Virus record (IMG/VR): IMGVR_UViG_3300044825_001821
Location: 64,001 to 128,000 of that record
Length of the DNA: 64,000 bases
From: a virus
Reading direction: 5' to 3' (one strand)
Part shown: positions 18,268 through 28,792 of the stretch, piece by piece
Layout: each line of letters begins with the position of its first letter
Numbering within the stretch: the first letter of the stretch is position 1
Translations under genes and position numbers: made by a program
The notes under the pieces: generated by a model
Told to the model about the DNA's origin: nothing
Seen by the model: only the letters and a program-made list of their open reading frames with translations
The model's database searches: none

Positions 18268-21200
18268 CAACTGATTTAAAAACATCCATTCTTGTAGAGC
18301 AACAGGTTCCCGAATTCGTTAGGGAAGAGTTTCCCCAATTCATTAAGTTTTTAAAAGCTTATTATGAATTTTTGGAAGAGAAACAAGGTGTCGAAAAGAA
18401 TGATCTGGTTACCTTTGCAAAAAAATTAAAAACGGCAAAAGATGTTGATGAGTCTTTGGATGAGTTTGAAGCGGGCTTTTATAGCACGTTTGCCGCACTT
18501 ATACCATACGAAGTTCAGTGTGATAAAGAACTGTTATTCAAACAACTGGTAAATTTATATAAGTCAAAAGGCTCCGAGAATTCATTCAAACTTATTTTTC
18601 ATTTACTTTTTGGTGAAGATGTAGACGTTATTTTACCAAAAAATAATGTTATTAAACCTTCTGCAAGTAAGTGGACGGTAGATAATAAGCTTAATATTAA
18701 TACATCAGTCTATTCTTACTATGACGCAGATGGTACACAAAAAACATTTGATCTTACTCAACAAGTAAATCCAGATGAGATTTCTGTGTATGTTAATGAT
18801 GTTATTTTAAATCATGGCGTAGACTATTTCATTCAAAAAGAAAATCTAAAATTAATTTTTTTCAACGCTCCATCTAACGGTTCAAATGTAAAAGTTTTTT
18901 ATGAGAATTTTGATTATAAACTATTTGTAAACAGAAAAGTCACTGGTTTAAGTTCTGGCGCTAGTGCTATTATTGAAGATTCGAATTTAAAGTCTATTTC
19001 GGATACGTTCAATTTAGGTTTGCCAATTGAACTATTAATTAATGCTAAATCGTTACAAAGAAGATTCTTTAATGGTGAAGTTGTTTCTATACCTCTATTC
19101 AATTCAAACAATGTTTTGATTGAAACAAGAGTTACCACTTTTTCTGTGGTTAGAAAATTAAACGTAGTTTCTGCTGGACAAGACTATAAAGTTGGAGATA
19201 GAGTAACACTTGTAAGTGGTGATCCACTTAGAAATGCCATCGGTGAGGTTGAAACAGTTTACGAAGGCCTTATTGAAAGTATTCTTATTGGTGATGGTGG
19301 TGCTACATTTACAAATGCTGCTCCTTTATACATTACGGGTAATGGCTCTAGTTTTTATCTAGAAGGTGCTGTTGATGGTATCGACTTATCTGGTAAAAAT
19401 GCCGCAAACGTTTGGTATATTTCTACAGACGTTATTAAGAGTTTTAATGGTACGTCATTTGCAGCAAACACTATAATTAGCAATGCGACTTATGGCTTTG
19501 CTGCAAACGCAAACGCATCACTTGATGCAAGAATTATTGATGCTTTATTGACCGAAGCTATACCAATGGGTCCGATTACAAACGTCAAAGTTCTTTTGAC
19601 ATCGGCACCATTGACGGCAACACCAGAAATTAATGTTGAAGGTGGATATTATTCAACCGACAGAACAGCAAAAACTTTTGGTTCAATTGCGAAATTTAAA
19701 ATTAACGATGGTGGTTCGGGATATGCTGTTGGTGATGAAATTGTATTTGATCCAATTCCTAACTTAGAATTATATCCTCAAGCAAAATTTGCTTATGGTG
19801 CAGCGGCGGTTGTTGGCAATGTTAGCATAACTGGAGGAATTACAAGGGTAGATGTTGCCAACACAAGAATTGATGGCAACGTAAAAGTCACATCAGTTGG
19901 TTCAACACAAGTTCAAGAAGATTACTTACCAGCTAGTGGTGAAGTAAGAACAAGATTTCTTTCACAACTAAAAAAGGGTGATATTGTTGATATCAATGGT
20001 GAGTCAAGAATAGTTGATACTATTACCAGTGATCAGATATTTTCAGTTGAACCTCCAGGATTTACCTATCTACACACAAAGAAAAAACTAGGCATTTACA
20101 ATCGTTACCCTAGAGGTGGTTATGGATACATGCCGGGTAATTTTCCATCATTAAATGTAACAAGCAACAGTGCAGGGTCGGGTGCAAACATTGAAGTTTA
20201 CTCAATTGCTTCTGATGGTGAAACTCTTTCTGGTGCTGGATTTGGAACCGCTGGTGCTATTTTAAGTATTAAACTTATTGATCCTGGCGCAGGATATCAG
20301 TTTGTACCTACAGCAAACATCGTGAGTACAACGGGTACTGGTGGTTTAGCAGGAGCCGAAATTGAACAATCGTTCACAACAGGTACTGGTCGTTGGACAT
20401 CTTCAGATTCTATCGTATCATCCATCGAAAGAAAGATTCAAGGTAGTGATTACTACGTAGATTATTCTTATCTACTTTCTTCAAGAGTTGAATTCTACAA
20501 ATATAAAAAGATTTTAAAAGAACTTCTACATCCAGTAGGTTTTGCACGTTACTCAGATTATACAAAGTCTGCTGTTGTAGAAAGAGATGATATTGTTGTT
20601 ACAAGAATGGATCACAGACAAGATGATCAATTCTTAACAATATCAGGAAGAGTCAACACGGGCAACGGAAGTATTGCTGTAACTGGTGTGAATACTAAGT
20701 TTAACATTGCTGTATCTTCTGGCATATTACAAGTCGGCTCACAGATTGCAGTCAACGGTGAACAGAGAACAATCAATGCCATTATCAGTAACACAAGATT
20801 AATTACCAGTGGAAACGTTGATAATATTTCTTGGACAGGACCATACAATACTCCTACTGGAAATGGTATGTCTAATGGATTCATTGTGTTCAGTGGAGGT
20901 GGTGGTAGACTAACATCATTGACCATTGAAAATGCTGGTTCAGGATATTCAAACGGTATTTTAGAATTCCTAGATGCTGATGAAGGAATTAGAGCAATCG
21001 CAAATGCGGAAACTTGGTTAGCAGGTGAAACAGGAGTTTTAACTGTTACAGCAAACGCTGGAGCAAAAGCGGTCAATAGTTGGATAACCTTCAGTGGAAA
21101 TACGATTGGTTATGTTGCAAATGCACGTGTATATGTTAATTCTACCGGAGCAATTATAAATGTTGTTGTTGCAAACACAGGACATTATTCAACTCTGTCA

Positions 21201-24200
21201 AATGTTCCAACAATTGGAAACGTTTATACAAGTCTGACCTATTATGAAAATACAGCAACAATAGCAGGTTCGTCTTACACAAATGCCGAGTTTTCTTTAG
21301 TTGTAGCAAAGACAGGTTCATTAAAGAGAGTTACATTAACTGAAGGTGGTTTGTATTCAAACAAACCAAGAATCATACCTTCTTTTGACCCACATTACGT
21401 TTACTACTCTAATACATTTACAGTTGTAAATCCTGGTCAAGGATATAGCAATGGTACATTAATTATATTGGGTGGAGATTCTTTCAGAGCGGCAAACGCA
21501 CAAATCGAAGTTTTCCCAGACAAAGTTCAAATCAATGCCATTTCAAACAACGCTTCAGCGATTGCTGTTAATAGTTGGATTGTTTTAGATGGCACTTACG
21601 ACTCGACTGTAAATTCATTGAATGCACGTGTCTTTGTTAATACAACAGGACATGTTATAAGAGTACAAGTTTATGATAGAGGATTATATTCTGGTTTGCC
21701 AGTTAATATAGGATTAGGTTCGAATATTGCAATTACATCAGCAAACTTGAGATATTATGAAAATAATGATGTGATGACGACAACATCTAATAATCAAGTA
21801 AACGCAATATTCACATTGTCTACAACCAGACTACGTTCTAATGGTGGAATTAGAACTATCAATGTAATTGATAGTGGTTTGTATGATGGGAATGCATCTC
21901 TTATTTTCCCAAATACAAATCAAAACCTAGTGATCTATCAAGCAAACGTAAGAAGTGAAGTTGGTGTTCTTCGACTTGCTGCTAATGTTGCTGGTGTTAG
22001 TGTAAATGGTTACCTAAGATTTGCGGGTGCAAATAGTAATTCGGCAAATGCATTTGCTTCGGTTAATAGTGCTGGTTTCGTTGATAGTGTTGTCATTTAT
22101 GCCAATGGTGTTTACACAGACGCCAATGATCCACCAAGAGTTGTTCCTGACTCCGGCGTTATAGCCGTCACGGCTAATAGTGATGCTGTTGCTGTTAATA
22201 GTTGGATTACCTTTGGTGGTTCTGGTAGTAATGTTGCAAACGCACGTGTATATGTTAATACTGAGGGATATATTGAAAATGTTACTGTGATTGCAAATGG
22301 TGCATATGAAATTGGACCGTCACTGTCGAACGTTTATACACAATTAAGATATTTTGATGCAGCATCATCTAATGGCTCAAATGGCAACACAATTGCATTT
22401 GGCACATATACAAATGCTGTCTTTACAATTACAACACCAAACGTGCTTTATCAGATCGATTACACAAAGAATGAAGGTCAAGGTCATTCGAATGGTATAG
22501 TTTTATTCAATGATTATATTGTAGATTCGGTTTCCGTAAACACAGATGCGGTCGGCGTTAATAGCTGGATTAATTTCTATACAACAATTGATGATCCACG
22601 TTATACGACATCAAACATTGCTGTGGCAAATGCACGTGTATACGTCAACGATAAGAACTATATCGTAAATGTAACTATGATTGCCAATGGCACATATTTT
22701 GAAGCGCCAACAATAGGTGCAAATGCCAACGTATATACTGGTCTAAAGTATTTCAATTCAACATCTTCAAACGGTTCAAATGGTTTCCCAATTGGAGCAT
22801 ATTCATTTACGAATGCTGTGTTTACAATTAACACATCAAGATTAACAAATCGTCCAGCGGATGTGAGAGTTGAAGTCTGGCCAGCAAATGGTTCTATTCG
22901 TAGATTGACAATTGTTGATCCTGGTCTTTACGATAATACTGCAAGAATTTCTGGCATCGAAGCTAATGCTGGTGCTATTGCCGTCAACAGTTGGATTACG
23001 TTCTCGGGCGTAAGTAGTAACGCAGCAAACGCACGTATCTTTGTAAATACGACAGGACATGTTGTAAATGTTACGATGTATGCAAATGGTTTATATCAAT
23101 CCAAACCAACAATTGCAAACGTTTATACAGACTTAACATATTTTGAAAATACTGCTTCAATTGCAGGTTCATCTTATACGAACGCAGTGTTCTCTCTGTT
23201 GACATATCACATCCCAACAACAAATGGACCTTTACGTGCAATTGTAAACACACAACCAAAATCAATCAGTTCCGTGGCAGCAAACGTAGGTAATCCTACA
23301 GGAACTATTAGAACATATAATGGTGTGGCTCACACAAATGGATTTGTAGTATTCTCTGGAGGAAATCCAATTCGAAGTGCAAATGCTTCAATTGAAGTTT
23401 TTCCAAGTAATGGTTCGATTAGAAGTATTACAATCAATGATGTGGGTTTATATCGAAATGTTTCTGGATTATCAGCATCGGTTGCTTCTAACTCAATACC
23501 AAATTCAATAACTCAAGTTTTACCTTTACTTCCTGATTTTGGTGGTAACAATTACTCGAATGGTTATCTGAAAATTGTGGGTGGCGGAGCAAACACTGAG
23601 GCAAATGTTTACATTGAAGCCACACCTTCTACGGATCCAATCCCAGGAAGAATCATCAGAACGGTGATAAATAGAATTGGATTGTATTCAAACATTGCGA
23701 ATGTTTCTTTATATCCAGGTGTTGAAAGTGTGTCTTTCAATGCTGGTGCGGTTGCAGTTAATAGTTGGATTGTGTTCACTGGAACACCAGACAATCTGGG
23801 AGCAGCAACTCTAAACGTAGCAAATGCACGTGTATATGTAAATGATAAGAACTACATCGTAAACGTTGTAGTATCTTCAAATGGCATTTATGTGAATGGT
23901 GCGGCATCAATATCAAATGTCTACATGAATTTGAAATATTTTAATGCTTCATCTGCTAATGGTTCAAATGGATTTAACATTGCCACTTACTCATATACCA
24001 ATGCAGCATTTACCGTTACGATGGGTCCAGTTCTTCATCATGCGGCCAATGGTATTCGACAAACACCTAATGTGTTTATGCAGTATGTGACGCCCGCTGG
24101 AGTAATTATTACTGGAAATACTGGCGCAAGATTTACATTAGGTTACAATGCCAACACAACAAACTTGGCAAATCTTGTAATTACAACGTCGGCAAACGTT

Positions 24201-25205
24201 GGAAATAGTGCGAATATTTCGTTTACTGCAAACAGTAATGCCATTACGAATGCTGTAATCACTGTTGCTGGTGTCGCAAATTCACAGACAATTGCAGTTA
24301 TTAATTGTGGTTTTTATGAAACAAATACGAGCGCACAAGCAACGTTTGAAGTGTGGGGTGATTATGGAATTGGTGTTGATAGTATAGCCTTTAGACCTCA
24401 CCTAAATGTATTCTCGATTTCAGCAAACGCTGATGCTGTTGCAGTTAATAGTTGGATTGTATTTGGTGGAGCCAATACAAGTCAAGCAAATGCACGTGTC
24501 TTTGTGAACGACAAAAATAGAGTCGAGAATGTAACAATATATGCTAATGGTTCTTATTCATCTGGTCCTGTAATTTCAAGACTGGTACATTATCAGAACA
24601 ATCAACCATTAGTCTCTCAGTCTTATGTAAATGCGGTATTTGTTTTAACGGCAGCAAATGTACCAAACCCAAGAGCAGTAAATAGTTGGATTAACTTTGC
24701 GACGAATCCTGACATTGCTGGAAGATATTTGGGACCAGCAAATGGTATGATTCAAGCTGCAAATGCACGTATTTTTGTATATCCAAATGGCACAGTTAAA
24801 AATGTAACTGTATATGCAAATGGCTCTATGTATGGAAATACAATTACTGCAAATGCTGCTAACTTGAGATATTATGAAAACAATGCTGTATTTGATGCCA
24901 CAACAAACAATGACATGAATGTTGTATTGACAGTTGTAGCGTCGGAGATAGGTAATGGAGTAATACGCAGATTTAATATTACAAGTAATGGCAGTTACTA
25001 TTGGCAGCCAACGATGCAGACAAATACGTCTTACATCATACCGCCAACATTTATAGCTAATACAGGTATGTTCCGTAATACGACTAATCTTGCGCCAGCA
25101 ACAATTGTTCAAACTACTTCTGGATTAATTACCGAAGGATTTGATGAGATTACAACCGAAACAGGAGATATTTTAACGACTGAAACTATTCAGCCATTAG
25201 GATAA
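18264..25205 (+). CDS. Baseplate wedge protein gp7-like, greatly extended
   Basis: QVPEFVREEFP.F..FLKAYYEFLE, LYKSKGS..SF...F..LFGE, IQ.S.YY.DYSY, K.LLHPVGF; then ~1400 aa of repeats; between gp6 and gp8. Confidence 0.8.
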   Translation: MTTDLKTSILVEQQVPEFVREEFPQFIKFLKAYYEFLEEKQGVEKNDLVTFAKKLKTAKDVDESLDEFEAGFYSTFAALIPYEVQCDKELLFKQLVNLYKSKGSENSFKLIFHLLFGEDVDVILPKNNVIKPSASKWTVDNKLNINTSVYSYYDADGTQKTFDLTQQVNPDEISVYVNDVILNHGVDYFIQKENLKLIFFNAPSNGSNVKVFYENFDYKLFVNRKVTGLSSGASAIIEDSNLKSISDTFNLGLPIELLINAKSLQRRFFNGEVVSIPLFNSNNVLIETRVTTFSVVRKLNVVSAGQDYKVGDRVTLVSGDPLRNAIGEVETVYEGLIESILIGDGGATFTNAAPLYITGNGSSFYLEGAVDGIDLSGKNAANVWYISTDVIKSFNGTSFAANTIISNATYGFAANANASLDARIIDALLTEAIPMGPITNVKVLLTSAPLTATPEINVEGGYYSTDRTAKTFGSIAKFKINDGGSGYAVGDEIVFDPIPNLELYPQAKFAYGAAAVVGNVSITGGITRVDVANTRIDGNVKVTSVGSTQVQEDYLPASGEVRTRFLSQLKKGDIVDINGESRIVDTITSDQIFSVEPPGFTYLHTKKKLGIYNRYPRGGYGYMPGNFPSLNVTSNSAGSGANIEVYSIASDGETLSGAGFGTAGAILSIKLIDPGAGYQFVPTANIVSTTGTGGLAGAEIEQSFTTGTGRWTSSDSIVSSIERKIQGSDYYVDYSYLLSSRVEFYKYKKILKELLHPVGFARYSDYTKSAVVERDDIVVTRMDHRQDDQFLTISGRVNTGNGSIAVTGVNTKFNIAVSSGILQVGSQIAVNGEQRTINAIISNTRLITSGNVDNISWTGPYNTPTGNGMSNGFIVFSGGGGRLTSLTIENAGSGYSNGILEFLDADEGIRAIANAETWLAGETGVLTVTANAGAKAVNSWITFSGNTIGYVANARVYVNSTGAIINVVVANTGHYSTLSNVPTIGNVYTSLTYYENTATIAGSSYTNAEFSLVVAKTGSLKRVTLTEGGLYSNKPRIIPSFDPHYVYYSNTFTVVNPGQGYSNGTLIILGGDSFRAANAQIEVFPDKVQINAISNNASAIAVNSWIVLDGTYDSTVNSLNARVFVNTTGHVIRVQVYDRGLYSGLPVNIGLGSNIAITSANLRYYENNDVMTTTSNNQVNAIFTLSTTRLRSNGGIRTINVIDSGLYDGNASLIFPNTNQNLVIYQANVRSEVGVLRLAANVAGVSVNGYLRFAGANSNSANAFASVNSAGFVDSVVIYANGVYTDANDPPRVVPDSGVIAVTANSDAVAVNSWITFGGSGSNVANARVYVNTEGYIENVTVIANGAYEIGPSLSNVYTQLRYFDAASSNGSNGNTIAFGTYTNAVFTITTPNVLYQIDYTKNEGQGHSNGIVLFNDYIVDSVSVNTDAVGVNSWINFYTTIDDPRYTTSNIAVANARVYVNDKNYIVNVTMIANGTYFEAPTIGANANVYTGLKYFNSTSSNGSNGFPIGAYSFTNAVFTINTSRLTNRPADVRVEVWPANGSIRRLTIVDPGLYDNTARISGIEANAGAIAVNSWITFSGVSSNAANARIFVNTTGHVVNVTMYANGLYQSKPTIANVYTDLTYFENTASIAGSSYTNAVFSLLTYHIPTTNGPLRAIVNTQPKSISSVAANVGNPTGTIRTYNGVAHTNGFVVFSGGNPIRSANASIEVFPSNGSIRSITINDVGLYRNVSGLSASVASNSIPNSITQVLPLLPDFGGNNYSNGYLKIVGGGANTEANVYIEATPSTDPIPGRIIRTVINRIGLYSNIANVSLYPGVESVSFNAGAVAVNSWIVFTGTPDNLGAATLNVANARVYVNDKNYIVNVVVSSNGIYVNGAASISNVYMNLKYFNASSANGSNGFNIATYSYTNAAFTVTMGPVLHHAANGIRQTPNVFMQYVTPAGVIITGNTGARFTLGYNANTTNLANLVITTSANVGNSANISFTANSNAITNAVITVAGVANSQTIAVINCGFYETNTSAQATFEVWGDYGIGVDSIAFRPHLNVFSISANADAVAVNSWIVFGGANTSQANARVFVNDKNRVENVTIYANGSYSSGPVISRLVHYQNNQPLVSQSYVNAVFVLTAANVPNPRAVNSWINFATNPDIAGRYLGPANGMIQAANARIFVYPNGTVKNVTVYANGSMYGNTITANAANLRYYENNAVFDATTNNDMNVVLTVVASEIGNGVIRRFNITSNGSYYWQPTMQTNTSYIIPPTFIANTGMFRNTTNLAPATIVQTTSGLITEGFDEITTETGDILTTETIQPLG
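21040..24940 (+). repeat. Eight AVNSWI...ANARV[YF]VN modules (plus one degenerate) in gp7
   Basis: NSWI at about 21075, 21570, 22197, 22560, 22986, 23760, 24447, 24681; recurring DNA GCAAATGCACGTGT. Confidence 0.85.
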
Positions 25206-25216
25206 TAGGATTAAAA

Positions 25217-27166
25217 ATGTCAAGAATTAAAGTTTCTGAACTAACGGAATTAACGACACCGAGTTCAAACACAGAAAATACATTTATTTTGGTGACTGAT
25301 GTTAGTACGGGATCACCAGTTTCGAAAAAAATGTCAATTAGGGTTTTAGATAGCCTTATTGATATTTCTGTAAATGCTGCAAATGCTGCTCTGGCTAATG
25401 CAAACGCTGCATATGTTCATGCAAATGCGGCATATGTACATGCGAATTCATCTTTTACATATCAAAATGCTTCAGCCAGTTATGCAAACAGTGGGTTTGT
25501 TCATGCCAATGCATCGTTCATTCATGCAAATTCTTCTTTTAATGCACAAAATGCTACGGCAAGTTACACCAACTCTGCTTTTACTGGAGCAAATTCTGCC
25601 GGTTCTTATGCTAACTCTGGATTTGGTGCTGCAAATACTGCTGATGCAAAAGCAACATCAGCAGGTTCATATGCAAACTCAGCATTTTTACAAGCCAACA
25701 CTCCTAGCTACACATCAAACTCCGCATCTTTATATGCCAATGGTGCATTCATACAAGCCAATGCTGCATTTATTCGTGCTAACAATTCGTTAGATGCAAA
25801 TGTTGGTGGTCAAGTTACTGGTGATGTTACGATTACAGGTAACTTAACAGTAAGTGGAGTGACAACTTATGTCAACACTCAAACTGTTTTAGTTGCTGAC
25901 AATATACTTACTCTAAATGCAGCCATAAGCCAATCCGGCACCCCTGTAACTGACGCTGGTATTGAAATTGATAGAGGCAGTGAAGCTAACGTTTATGTTC
26001 TTTGGAATGAGTCTAGCAACAAATGGACTTTCACTGAAGATGGAACAAATTACGATTTCTTAGGAAGCACATCGGCTTCGTCTTACGCAAACAGTGCTTT
26101 TATACATGCCAATTCAGCGTATGAATCTCAAAATGCATCTGGTAGTTATGCCAACTCTGCATTTGTACACGCCAATAGTGGATTTGTACACGCTAATTCA
26201 TCATATGAAAGTCAAAATGCAACTGGTAGTTATGCGAATTCTGCGTTTGTACATGCAAATGCCGCATTCATACATGCTAACTCAGGATTTACTCATGCCA
26301 ATTCATCATACGAATCTCAGAATGCATCAGGCAGTTATGCAAATAGTGCTTTCTTACGTGCTAATAATTCAATAGACGCAAACAACGGCGGAGTAATTAC
26401 TGCGAATTTAGCAGTTTCAAATAGTTCAGTAGAAATATTCAACGTAAGAAGTCATGGCGTAACAGGCCTACCATCAACTTCAAACTCTTCTGGTACTGTT
26501 AATGTTATCGGTGGTGTTGGTGTCAAAGGAAATGTGTATGTTGATTTACTTGGTTTAAGTAATTCGGAAATTGATTCTGCTGGCACATCTTCCGCAAATG
26601 GCACGATTGAATTTTATGAAAACAGTTTATATGGAACAGTAGATAACACACAAGGCAGAGGATTTGTTCCTGTAGTTCAGTATCGTTACATGACTGCAAA
26701 CGCTGCAACTCCAATTAGCACAGAGGCTTTGCCATTTTTAGGTAACAGTAAAGGTATATTATTAAGTGCTAATAGTGTTTATGAAATTGAATGGAATGCA
26801 TTTTTCTCAAAACAAACAACCGCAACAGTTGGCTTTGCTATTCGTTTTGGTGCAAACCCACAATTAGTAAATGCTTTCTATCTTGGTGGTCGTGCAGAAT
26901 TAGGACAAGATATTGAGCATCCAGGACCTGCAAACTCTGCTGCTGTATTGAGTGCTACATCCGATCCTGTCTGGTTATTTACTCCAGTAGCAGGCGACGG
27001 ATCAACAAACTATTTTCACATTAAAGCATTAGTTATAACTAATTCTACTACATCAGCCAACTGTTATTTGCAAGCAAATACAAACGGTGGTTTCATGACA
27101 CCAAGAATTGGAAGCTATATGAAAGTAACTAAATTACCTAATGATGAAACAGGAATTTATTCTTAA
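25217..27166 (+). CDS. Fibre-like protein with AN-heptad coiled-coil repeats
   Basis: N-terminal MSRIKVSELTEL; [SYH]ANSAF heptads; AGIEIDRG...WNE...KWTF module; distinct C-terminal head. Confidence 0.7.
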   Translation: MSRIKVSELTELTTPSSNTENTFILVTDVSTGSPVSKKMSIRVLDSLIDISVNAANAALANANAAYVHANAAYVHANSSFTYQNASASYANSGFVHANASFIHANSSFNAQNATASYTNSAFTGANSAGSYANSGFGAANTADAKATSAGSYANSAFLQANTPSYTSNSASLYANGAFIQANAAFIRANNSLDANVGGQVTGDVTITGNLTVSGVTTYVNTQTVLVADNILTLNAAISQSGTPVTDAGIEIDRGSEANVYVLWNESSNKWTFTEDGTNYDFLGSTSASSYANSAFIHANSAYESQNASGSYANSAFVHANSGFVHANSSYESQNATGSYANSAFVHANAAFIHANSGFTHANSSYESQNASGSYANSAFLRANNSIDANNGGVITANLAVSNSSVEIFNVRSHGVTGLPSTSNSSGTVNVIGGVGVKGNVYVDLLGLSNSEIDSAGTSSANGTIEFYENSLYGTVDNTQGRGFVPVVQYRYMTANAATPISTEALPFLGNSKGILLSANSVYEIEWNAFFSKQTTATVGFAIRFGANPQLVNAFYLGGRAELGQDIEHPGPANSAAVLSATSDPVWLFTPVAGDGSTNYFHIKALVITNSTTSANCYLQANTNGGFMTPRIGSYMKVTKLPNDETGIYS

Positions 27167-27177
27167 AGTAAAAAATT

Positions 27178-28782
27178 ATGCCTTCAGTTACAACTAAACA
27201 TTTGGCGTATATAACCGCCGTTCAATTTAAAGAATCTTTTTACGAGCCTGCTCCAGAAATTGGGTATGTTTACATTGGTAATCATTTAAGTTATCCTGTA
27301 GAAAATACTCCTCCTACAATTGCTGATACCGTCTATGATGAGAAAAGCATTTGGGATAATATGATGGCAGCAAAAAAAGTGACGGGAACTGACGTTGAAC
27401 TTGTTATACCGAGAGTAAATTGGACCGCAAATACCGTCTATAAACAATATGATGACAAGGTGAATTTAGATCAACTTATTGAACCTGATGCTTCAATAAA
27501 TGTTAAACCATTTTACGTCTACACTTCCGAACGAAACGTTTATAAGTGTTTGTCGAATGGGCGCAACGGTACAACAAATTCTGCTGTTAAATCTACAGTA
27601 GAACCTAGAGGTGACTACACATCTTCAAATGGTAACATCAAAACTTCAGATGGTTATCTTTGGAAGTACATGTACAAAGTTTCACCGTCTAATAAGTTCT
27701 TAACTGATCAGTGGATACCTGTTCCAGCATCAGCAGATTTATTAGATTACACAACAAATCGTAATTTGGGAGTTATTGATGGTGAATTAACAACAATTTA
27801 TGTTAGCAATTCAGGCAGCAATTTTGTCGAAGCTAACATTAATGTTGTTTCTTTCAATGCATCTACAAATTTAATTACAATATTAAATCCAACAACGCAA
27901 ATATTAGATAACGTTTCAGCTAATATGTTTGTTACGGGTACTGGTATAGCACCAGAAACTTACATCACAAATTACGAAAAACAAAACAACAGATTCTACA
28001 TTTCATCTGATACAATTGCTGCTGGTGGAGGTATTCCTAGTCCATATACAACGGCTAATCAATTGTCACTGACAACAAGAATTTACATTGAAGGTGATGG
28101 CACCAGAGTTGTTGCTACGCCTACTATTAATGCTGCTGGCAACTTAGAAAAAGTAACTATCTCAACTATTGGAACTCAATTTTCTAGGGCTAATGTTTTT
28201 GTATATGGAACAGGAGCCAATTCGGGTGTGTCTCTCAGACCAATATTTGACCCCAAATATGGTCATGGGTATAATCCAGCCAAAGAACTTGCGGCAAATA
28301 GTGTGATGATTTCTCTAAGAATTGGTGAAATCGATTCTACAGAAAACGGAAAAATATCATCAAACACTACGTTTAGACAATATGGACTGCTTGTAAATCC
28401 CCATAAATACGGTGAACAGGATAGAGTAACGTCAGCTAATGCCAACTCTGTTGTTGATCAAACGACAGCAATTACAATCGTTGCAGGTCCTTTTTATTCA
28501 TTGGATGAATACGTTTATCAGGGTACAGCAAATAACGCAACGGCGTATGGGTATTTGATATCTCAATCTTCCAACGAAGTAAAACTCACAAATGTAATTG
28601 GTACATTTAGAACTGGTGTTCCTTTAAATGGTTTCAATTCAGGTACAAGTCGATTGGTTGTCGGCGTAGGTAATCCTGAATTCGAGCCTTATAGTGGAGA
28701 TGTATTGTATACTGAAAATACGGTGGCCATTACACGTGCGGATGGTCAAGCCGAACATATAAAACTTATTGTTAGATTTTAA
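27178..28782 (+). CDS. 8: Baseplate wedge subunit gp8
   Basis: IWDNMMAAKKV, VIPRVNW....Y..YDD, FYV.....VYKCL.N, DGYLWKYMY, GHG.NP.KEL, FRQ.GLL.NP, YSGDVLY.EN...I.R...Q.E.IKLIV.F. Confidence 0.9.
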   Translation: MPSVTTKHLAYITAVQFKESFYEPAPEIGYVYIGNHLSYPVENTPPTIADTVYDEKSIWDNMMAAKKVTGTDVELVIPRVNWTANTVYKQYDDKVNLDQLIEPDASINVKPFYVYTSERNVYKCLSNGRNGTTNSAVKSTVEPRGDYTSSNGNIKTSDGYLWKYMYKVSPSNKFLTDQWIPVPASADLLDYTTNRNLGVIDGELTTIYVSNSGSNFVEANINVVSFNASTNLITILNPTTQILDNVSANMFVTGTGIAPETYITNYEKQNNRFYISSDTIAAGGGIPSPYTTANQLSLTTRIYIEGDGTRVVATPTINAAGNLEKVTISTIGTQFSRANVFVYGTGANSGVSLRPIFDPKYGHGYNPAKELAANSVMISLRIGEIDSTENGKISSNTTFRQYGLLVNPHKYGEQDRVTSANANSVVDQTTAITIVAGPFYSLDEYVYQGTANNATAYGYLISQSSNEVKLTNVIGTFRTGVPLNGFNSGTSRLVVGVGNPEFEPYSGDVLYTENTVAITRADGQAEHIKLIVRF

Positions 28783-28792
28783 AGGTTAATAG

